Below are positions 55,156-64,000 of a stretch of DNA of 64,000 nucleotides, in pieces. Where the stretch lies: contig OX597814.1 of assembly GCA_951406725.2 (NCBI GenBank), positions 221,836,001 through 221,900,000 of the forward strand, given 5' to 3'. Every line of letters starts with the position of its first letter. Position 1 is the first letter of the stretch. Under the pieces are notes generated by a model, which saw nothing but the letters and a program-made list of their open reading frames with translations, was not told where the DNA came from and made no database searches. The position numbers and the translations under genes are program-made. This stretch comes from Octopus vulgaris (lineage: Eukaryota).

Positions 55156-56390
55156 GACCAAAATAGATAGGAAAACAAGAAAAATAATGACAGGATCTAG
55201 GATGCATCACCCAAAATCTGACATAGAAAGACTATATATACAACGTATAGAAGGTGGTAGAGGCCTTATACAACTGGAAAACTACTATAAAATAACCACC
55301 ATAGGATTGCAAAAATATCTACTTCAGAAGGAAGGAAAACTGATACAAATAGCGGCAAAACACGAGCAAAACAAAAAACTGTTCTCAGTATTTAAGGAAG
55401 CTGACAAATACAAACAAGAAATCATACCACCTAATAAATATGAAGAAGAAGATGAAGAAACAACAAAAGCTATAAAACAAATGAAATCCAAACTAAAAAT
55501 AGAACAGCAACGAACCATGATAAAACGATGGCAAGAAAAGCCCCTTCATGGTAAATACTGCACTAAACTAAACGCAAAAGAAATAGACAAAAAAAAATCC
55601 CAGCAATGGTTGAGAAGCTCAGGACTCAAAGCAGAAACAGAGGGATTTTTAATTGCAGCACAAGACCAAAGCCTCCCCACCAGAAATTACCAAAAACATG
55701 TAATGAAAAGAAATATTACAAGTAACTGCAGAATATGTGGAGATGGACAAGAAACAATAAATCATATTATCTCTAGCTGCCCAGTCCTGGCTAAGAAGGA
55801 ATATATTCACAGACATGACAGAGTTGGAACCTACATACATTGGAAGCTATGCCAACATTATGGAATAACAACAGAAAAAAGATGGTATAGGCACACACCA
55901 GAAAAGGTCACAGAAAACGAGAAAGCAACCATACTCTGGGATATGCCGATACACACAGATAGAGAAATTAAGGCCAACAGACCAGATATAGTTGTCAAAG
56001 ATCATGAAGAAAAAAAATGCATTCTAATTGATGTATCAATACCGGCTGATGACAACGTGTCTCTAAAAGAAATGGAGAAACTCTCAAAATACAAAGACCT
56101 GGAAATAGAGGTAACCAGAATGTGGAATCTAAAAACAGAAACAATTCCTATCATAGTAGGTGCATTAGGCATGATAAAAAAATATTCAGACAAATACATA
56201 ACAAAAACACCAGGACTTACAAACACATATAACATACAGAAAATTGCACTACTAGGCACTGCACACATCCTACGCAGAACACTTTCCATACAATAACCAT
56301 CAGAGCATCACAACAAATCACAGCACATACCCAAAGCCCACAGAGCTGCGCTCGGTAGTAAAGTGAAAGCACGCGATAAAAATAAAACTA

Positions 56391-56395
<5 letters not shown>
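55156..56395 (+). mobile_element. Young 5'-truncated Dong/R4 LINE between (AAT)n arrays
   Basis: Uninterrupted frame to 56296 plus a short 3'UTR; (AAT)n on both sides. Confidence 0.95.
55187..56296 (+). CDS. C-terminal part of Dong/R4 retrotransposon protein (end of thumb, CCHC knuckle, PD-(D/E)xK restriction-like endonuclease); element-encoded and N-terminally truncated
   Basis: GGRGL, CRICGDGQETINHIISSC, RHD, RPDIVV..LIDVSIP..KY; 369 aa without stops. Confidence 0.85.
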   Translation: MTGSRMHHPKSDIERLYIQRIEGGRGLIQLENYYKITTIGLQKYLLQKEGKLIQIAAKHEQNKKLFSVFKEADKYKQEIIPPNKYEEEDEETTKAIKQMKSKLKIEQQRTMIKRWQEKPLHGKYCTKLNAKEIDKKKSQQWLRSSGLKAETEGFLIAAQDQSLPTRNYQKHVMKRNITSNCRICGDGQETINHIISSCPVLAKKEYIHRHDRVGTYIHWKLCQHYGITTEKRWYRHTPEKVTENEKATILWDMPIHTDREIKANRPDIVVKDHEEKKCILIDVSIPADDNVSLKEMEKLSKYKDLEIEVTRMWNLKTETIPIIVGALGMIKKYSDKYITKTPGLTNTYNIQKIALLGTAHILRRTLSIQ

Positions 56396-56459
<64 letters not shown>

Positions 56460-56463
<4 letters not shown>

Positions 56464-56950
56464 TTAAAACAGAGAGGTGGAAGTTGAAAGCAGGGAGGAG
56501 AGTAGACAGGAGGAACAGGAGAATGGTGATGGGAATGTTAAAGTTTAGGAACAGGAACGCTATACAGGGAACCCTGATACTGTGGTGGGTGGACATGTAA
56601 GGGAAATGGAACCAACTAGACAATGAATTGCTTGAAATTCAAAGGCGACTCACCGACTTAATGAAAACTCCAGTAGAAAAAATCCCCATGAATATGAGAA
56701 GGGTAGATAGGAGTATGATAAATAAAGTAACACAATAGATAAAAGCTGTCACACCATACATAAAGACGGAGGACATAATACAAACAAGCAATCTTCTCCG
56801 GGCTATTGCGCTACTTCTTTAGGGGAAATTACAATTTAAGAGAACAAAAAATCGTAGACAAAAGAACCGTGGTGGAAACGACGCATAGAAAGGGACATAA
56901 TGCGGCCAAGGCAAGATCTAGGAAAAAAATAAGCAATGGTTAAGAGGAAA
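56460..56950 (+). mobile_element. N-terminal fragment of another Dong/R4 LINE
   Basis: EPWWKRRIERDI..RQDL motif typical of the R4/Dong pre-RT region. Confidence 0.6.
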
Positions 56951-57171
56951 CTCGAAAAAATGGGGAAAAGACCGGCCGAGTGGTTGAGAGTACACACCAC
57001 TATCAAAGCCCAACAAAGCCGAAACGCATCTGGCGTTCTCGCTAGCCTCTGCTGGCACAGCTTTTCGTCTCCCTCCGATATATATTGTACTTTTAACAGC
57101 AAGTCCATATTGAGACGTCATATCAGATGAATACCGCAGTAACTTGCCTATGAAGGTTGTATATACACTGA

Positions 57172-57526
57172 ATGGAAGCACTCCGTCGGTTACGACGATG
57201 AGGGTTCCGGTTGATCCGAATCAACGGAACAGCCTGCTCGTGAAATTAACGTGTAAGTGGCTGAGCACTCCACAGACACGTGTACCCTTAACGCAGTTCT
57301 CGGGGCTATTCAGCGTGACACAGAGAGTAACAAGGCCGGGTACAAATACAGGTACAACAGAAACAGGAAGTAAGTTGTGGCGAAAGAGTACAGCAGGGAT
57401 CACCACCATCCCTGCCGGAGCCTCGTGGAGCTTTAGGTGTTTTCGCTCAACGCCCGGTCTGGGAATCGAAACCGCGATCCTATAACCGCGAGTCCGCTGC
57501 CCTAACCACTGGGCCATTGCGCCTCC
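57172..57526 (-). mobile_element. SINE family A with small internal deletions
   Basis: Near-identical to 52022-52407; TSD-like atacact(g/a)aat on both sides. Confidence 0.92.
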
Positions 57527-59237
57527 ATACACTAAATATTGTGTAGATGACTATTTTAAATTAATACTTTGATAGTATCTTGTCGGGGCAGACATGCTAA
57601 ATCAACAATAAAAATTTAATGATAGTGTATCGTCAATAGATAATCAATAAATAACTGTTTATGGCTTCCATTAGTCACGATTGAACATGCCTGTGCTTCA
57701 TTTATGTATAGGACGAAATAGGATCATTTGAGGCATGCATTGAAGACTCCCTTCTCCACAAGACGGATGTTTTTCCCAGGGAGTGTTCGAATCTCCTTAG
57801 ACCTACACAATTTAGTGTCAAGATCGTTTCAGGCTTTGCTGTCAGAATATACATTGCCAGAACAGATACAGCTAGGCATCATATCCGATCCTCTAACTGT
57901 ATCGTCAATCTACCAGCCTGGTTCAATACCTTTTTATTGATCACGAAAGAATGAAAGAAAAAGTGATTTCGGCGGGATCCGAGCTCAGAATGTAAAAGTC
58001 GAAACAAACCTGCGAGCAACGTTTTAACTGCTTCTCTAAGTTGTTGCTTTCAACAAATATTACAACAAATATTAATCTCATAAAATAATAGATTATTTAA
58101 GAAGCATTGCTCATAATTTGTCTCAGAATATTTTTTCTACCTTTTTCCAATTTAAATTAATGTTATCTTTTTACTGCATTTTTTTGGTATCAGATCCTAA
58201 CTTTAAAAGATAATTTGATTATTTTTCCATGTACATGGTGAGTAAAACTGATATTAATAATTTTCGCCTTTGAATCTTTTTTTTTTATTATTGTTAATGA
58301 AATACTTCGTAAAAAAAAGAACAAAAATAAACGACTTCAAAATAATCTTTAGCGATGTAAATACTCTGCGGATAAAATTCTAATGAATTTAGCTCCAACG
58401 ATGTGCTTCATACGACGATGGATTTACCAACAACGATGTATTAGCTCATGATATTATTACATTGCAATGAAATTACTGGCTATGAAGTGAAAGCCGATGT
58501 ATTTAACGTGATGTAATTACCTGTGATGAATTTACTGTAATGAATTTTCCGGACAGCAACTCTCAATTGTAATACGATTAACAATAACAAGATTTTACCT
58601 TAAGATACTTAATTTTCAATTAAAGGAACGTCTGACGGCAACACTGATGACTGTCACAAATGTAGCACAAACCAAACATGCTTTGGTAACATATTGATTT
58701 ACAATAAAATGTATTTAGTCAAATTCCATTTCATATTGAACGCAAATTCCGTTGGGTTAATTTCTTTTCAATTACCTAGGTTCAATAAAATATGTACTGG
58801 CAATAAACGAGAAAAGCATTCGATTAAGTATATTTCTCTCTTACACATATACGATGTCCGCATATGTCTTTGAATCAATATACAGAATCATTATTAACAA
58901 AGTTCTGTTTTCTGTGAATTGACCCTTCCCTGGTCATATTTTCCTTTCACCTGCCCAAAATAGTAACAATAGATAGGTAACGGCAATACATTGTCGTGTC
59001 ATTACTGACTCTCACATATATTTTGTGACCTTATGCTAACGCGAGCGGCCAGTAAGGCCGAATGATGGACTACCTGTTTGTCAATGCGTATGTTGAACTG
59101 TTGAAAGCCAGGAAATGTGTGGTGCCGGTTAGTTTTTGCTACTCTAAGACTTGAGCAGGCAGACTTACAATCAATGAGTCGTCGTCGGTGGCGAGTATTA
59201 AATCTCTAGCACGTGAGTGAGCCTCAGCCCATCAAAA

Positions 59238-59623
59238 TCTCTCTCTATATAAACGGCAGTTTGTCTGTGTGTGTTTCTGTGTGTCTGTTTGGTTGTACCC
59301 TCACTCTGAGCACGGCTTTCAACCGATTCTGATGAAACTTGACACACACATAGCCCAATGTCATAATTCAAAACTAACGCAGCGAAAATTTTGAAAAGTT
59401 CCCCCAGTTCTGAAAAAGATCGATAAATTCGACATGGGGTCAACAATCAAAAACACAAACCACAGATGGTCTAGGGGACGCAACTCGACCTTTTTAACTA
59501 TCAAAAAAAAATTTACCATAATTTTTTTTCCCATTTTTTTCCTATTTTTTGGCTATAACTCTCTAAAAATGCTTTATAGTTATTTCCCTTACAAACCCGA
59601 GCAACGCCGGGCGATACTGCTAG
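59238..59623 (+). mobile_element. Non-autonomous Helitron
   Basis: 5' TC, same 3' hairpin and CTAG as 21958-22352, A|T target. Confidence 0.85.
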
Positions 59624-59759
59624 TTACAGATAATGTAATTAAAACTATATTAACCAGTGTCTCCATTCTTTTTCTTAAATATATCAGGAGATAGTTTGAG
59701 ATGATTTTAACCGTTAGCTGAATTCTTGCAATAAATTCGACTCTATTAAGAAACCAAAG

Positions 59760-60230
59760 GGCGGGATGATGGTGTTTAATCGGTTGATGATACTGGCCGG
59801 ATCAATGGTTTTGAGAGACCTTGTTTCTGCGTGTCTCGAAGGCTCTGTAAAGAGTCAAGTATACTCTATTACCGCCTGACTAAAAATCCTTAAAAAGCCG
59901 AGTGACTACACGGTGTCTCTCTCGACAGTGAAAGAAAGATTTGAGTGGTTACCAAGGTCACAGATTACAGCCTTCTAGTTGAAAAGTGTGAATAAGACTG
60001 TTATCGTGAGACTGGTGTGTTGCTCGATCGAATTAATCGCGTCATACAGAATTAAGCTGTCGTTCAGCTGATGATTGACAATTTGGTGAAAACCGGTGAT
60101 ATCTAAGCCAATGTCAGACCTGTCAAAATATAAGTTTTGTTTGTATAATTTCAAGTGTCTTCTCCAGTCAATTTTGTCATAACATGTAACGGCAATGGAT
60201 CCGATGATTCGAAATTTATTAAATCTAAAT
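59760..60230 (+). mobile_element. Possible highly degraded RTE-group LINE 3' region
   Basis: Weak fragments resembling K.KVY...R and GV..LDRI; frames broken. Confidence 0.3.
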
Positions 60231-61059
60231 AAGTTACCAAATAGGTTTTCAGAATGTGTAGTTTCTGTCTAAGCATAAATCGCATAATTAAATAGGTGAA
60301 ATTGAACGATTTACTGTACCAGCTACCACACCCATCTTTCCTAAATTCTCCACCTCTTCATTTAAATGTGGCATAAACAACTTCCTGGCTAACAGCTTCC
60401 TCGCCACTCTACCATCTCTCCTATTTCCCCAGATAACCTTTCATTTCCAACATCACAACTGTAAGTGGCTTTCAGTCCACGTTTGAAGGAGTTTCGTTAA
60501 ACAAATATACTAGATTAAATACCAACTGTGTAATAATACATTGTAGACAACTTAAACTAGATGAAGCCCTAGGGGCTTAAACGAAGTTCATTAGAACAGC
60601 ATCGTTATCCTTAAACATATAGTACAGCGTTTCATACTCAGACCATTCACAATACTTTGCTTTCTTTGTATCACTAAAACTCCACAGTCCCTCCACTATG
60701 AAACATTAGTCTTTATTTGCAGAATAAAGTCTAATTTTTAAACTGGGCACACTGGCTCTCCGATACAGCATTCACATTTGAAACGTAAGCCATATATGTA
60801 TTTTTATACAACTGTCCCGTGCACAGACCCACCTATCTACACTGACGTTCTGGCGCACATACACATATACAGAATAAGATACTTAACTCAGGTGTGACGA
60901 GGCATTCCGTATACTGTTCATGTCACGCAAATCAGTCTGCCACCCACCTCCACTCTTCTCAAATCAGACACCAATTTCAACCAACCTCATTACATGCAGC
61001 ATCCACAACTGCTACTTCTTTCAGATAAGCAATTCTAATAGAATAAGCTGAACTATATT

Positions 61060-61503
61060 TTCTCTTCCTCGATAAATCTGTCGTTCGTGAGAAGGGACTC
61101 AATAGATGGCAGCGTCGTAGCTGCTCTACTAAGCACGTCACCCGAACGGCAAGTCGAGTCGTATGCAAGCGATCCTTTTCGGTCTCGATTTCTTCGAACA
61201 AGTCGGGCAGAACATCGACAACGACGACGGCGAGGTCGCCGCCGCCGCCGAAGTTCCAAAATGGCAATTGCGCCGGCGACGCTGCCGCTCGCCGAGCGAA
61301 CGCGACGAGCAGGCGGCGAACGCCGAGCTAAGGCATGAGCCTTGGGATTGAGGCGCTTTTGGAAAACAAAATTAAGTGAAATGTCTTCCCTTTCTATTCT
61401 TATACTAACCACTTTTCTTTAAACTATCTCATTTCGATTTAGATGATTTGCTACCTTTCTATGTTTCCTCTATGTTTAGCCCCCTGCGGGCAATAAAGAA
61501 ATA
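61060..61503 (+). mobile_element. GC-rich LINE 3' end, possibly Tx1-like
   Basis: GC-rich coding-like block ending in a stop at ~61351, T-rich UTR, and tail ctctatgtttagccccctgcgggcaataaagaaata. Confidence 0.45.
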
Positions 61504-62329
61504 ATTATTTGTTACCCTTACCAATGGCTTCCAATACAAGATTTTATATTTCCTAAATAATGTCTCAATTTAAGCCTTCTTTATGATCCAGTTTTGATTC
61601 TCTGTTGAAGCAATTTAAATTATTTCTGTACAACAAAATGACAAACTTCAACTCCAACATATTAAAATAGGAAGATTATTAACGATAAACTATAGTGTTA
61701 ATAAATCATTTATTATACAGTGTATTACACCATTCTATAAAACTATACAAAAGCCTAGTCGTGCACAATATTTTGGTTTCGATTCTTGATTCATATCGAT
61801 TTTGTTGATTTTTCAGCTTCCCTACTTTGAACGTGCCTTGAAAACTGTTATATACATGATTTTACAACGAAATTGGAAGGGTATTATTATGATATAGTTG
61901 GATGCTTACAGAGAATATTCTGCCAGGAAATGTTTTAAATAGTTTGCCTTCAAATAGAGATGAATATAACAGAGAATTTTTGTGTATTTAGATGGTGATA
62001 CAGGTTGGCCTTCTGCTTCTCTTGGGATGAACAACAATTGAACTGGTTACCGCTACTGTAACAGGTTCACAACTATTCAGCACTCATATCATATGCAATA
62101 ATTAAAAAACATACACAAGACACATGCGTATACACATAAACACATACACACACTTATTTATTGACTTACTACACACAGAAATGTTATATGTATGAACAAA
62201 TATGCATCTTGGGAAAAATTGCAAATAGAAAAATACTTGTATTCAAGCACAGCGCACACACATACTTATATATCAGTTGAACACATACATGCATGCCATG
62301 CATATATACAAACTAACAAACAAATATAG

Positions 62330-62399
62330 ACACATACATACATACATACATACATACATACATACATACATACATACATACATACAATACATACATACA

Positions 62400-62433
<34 letters not shown>

Positions 62434-62490
62434 CATACATACATACATACATATATACATATATACATACATACATACATACGTACATAC
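62330..62490. repeat. (TACA)n microsatellite
   Basis: Seen directly. Confidence 0.95.
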
Positions 62491-62623
62491 CTACTTGCAT
62501 AAAAACAAGCATAGAGTCAATCACCTTTAAATGCAAACTATTATACATACATACACACATCTATACATAAACATATCATCAAATTTTAAAAGTGCGTACA
62601 AGCAGCATCCATAATTATAGATA

Positions 62624-63896
62624 TACGAGGGTGGCCTGAAGGATTCATAGGCGTAATATGAATGAGTGACGCTAGAGCTGTGAAATCACGCATGCATTAA
62701 TCTAAACTATTTTTATTAATAACTACATTGATAGCTCCAGGTAAACTGACGTCTGACTGCTCGAAGAAGACTTCAAAACTAACTAGTTGCGATTTCTCTT
62801 GAAAATTAGCAAAATTTGGCATTGCCGTATTTTCAAGTACCTGCAGAAACAGGGTTTAGCGTACCACAACATTCATACTGACATGATTGCAACATTAGGG
62901 AATGATACTCCAGCTTTATTAACAGTGCAAAAGTCGGAAGCTTAATTTAGGAGGGAAAGGGAGATTCTTGAAGATGATCCAAGCTTTGGACGTCCTGTAA
63001 CTGTCAGTACCAGGGAAAGCATTGATCGTGTTCACTTCATGCTGATGGATGACAGGCGATTGACAATAAATCAAATAGTTAATGCTATTATATATTTCGT
63101 GAGAGAGTCTACACATTGAATTTGACCTGACGAAGGTTTCTGCTTGGTGGGTGCAGCGACTTCTGAAACGTGATCGAAAGTGCAAAATGCTGATCACATC
63201 ACAGGGAAAATCTGACATTGTTCCAGGCTGATCCAGCTGCTTTCCTTGGATGTTCTCTAAGCCAGGGTGAGTGTTAGGTTCATCACTTTGGGAGAGACAA
63301 CCTATGCAGTGGAAACACTCATTCCTTAGCGTAGTTCAAAGACTGCTAACGACGTTTCATCTGCAGGTAATCAAACGGCTTCCGTTTAGGGGGTGCAAAA
63401 GACATTTTGTTTATTGACTATCTTCAAAAGAGCGGACCATCAGTGGAGAGTAAAACACCAACTTGCTGACGCAGTCATGAAAGGTTATCATGATCAACCA
63501 CCTAGAGAAACTGACGAAAGAGGTTTTGTTTCACCAGAACAATGTTTTAGCACGCACCTCCTTCGTTTCCATAGCTGCTGTGCATGATTGTAGCTTTGTA
63601 CTGGCAGACCAGCCTCCCTATTCTCTTGATTTGGCCCCACCTAACTATCATCTGTTCGCTGAGAAGAACAAACACTTAGCTGGGAACCAACATCGCATGT
63701 CACATTAGCTGTTGATGACGTTTTTGACCAACTGGATGAAAGCTTCTTCACCAATGGGATGCAAGCACTGCAACACCGATGGAAGAAGTGTGTGAGCAGC
63801 AGGGGGGGGGGGGCTATGTTGAAAATTAAACCTCATTTGGTCACATTCCATGAGGGAATCTTGGTCAGCCAATGAACTTTTCATCCGACACTCGTG
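62624..63896 (+). mobile_element. Near full-length mariner fossil
   Basis: Imperfect TIRs tacgagggtggcctgaaggattcataggc / gccaatgaacttttcatccgacactcgtg; KVSAWWVQRLL (WVP.L), VLFHQNN, PPYSLDLAPPNYHLF (YSPDLAP.D). Confidence 0.9.
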
Positions 63897-64000
63897 TGTG
63901 TGTCTGTGTGTGTATGCATACATGCATACGTACATACAATTATCAATACCTAATTTATATCTACATACATGCGTACGTTCATACATACATACATACGTGC

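Overview
AT-rich eukaryotic non-coding DNA, packed with microsatellites and transposon relics. The repeat content (three tRNA-derived SINE families, (TA)n/(AAT)n arrays, Dong/R4, CR1-group, Tx1-like and Penelope-like relics) is what I associate with an octopus/coleoid genome; this is an inference, not a search result. I found no convincing host protein-coding exon, and most ORFs in the track are microsatellite translations. Recognisable elements: Penelope-like GIY-YIG and RT fragments, Tc1 and mariner fossils, CR1-group LINE 3' ends, a cluster of Dong/R4 LINEs in (AAT)n, a Tx1-like LINE inserted into a SINE with a 14-bp TSD, an LTR/gag remnant carrying a 27-bp minisatellite, and two non-autonomous Helitrons. 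The most interesting signal is RNA structure. (1) Two sequence-unrelated short repeats beside (TA)n (10330-10395 + and 21200-21270 -) each contain all three hammerhead-ribozyme strands in a non-circularly permuted (pseudoknotted) order, with fully compensated stems I and III. (2) A very young ~1 kb non-coding element (18631-19630) has two identical intact type I hammerheads 513 nt apart plus an inverted 5' repeat, i.e. a retrozyme-like non-autonomous Penelope element. All alignments and folds were done by eye.
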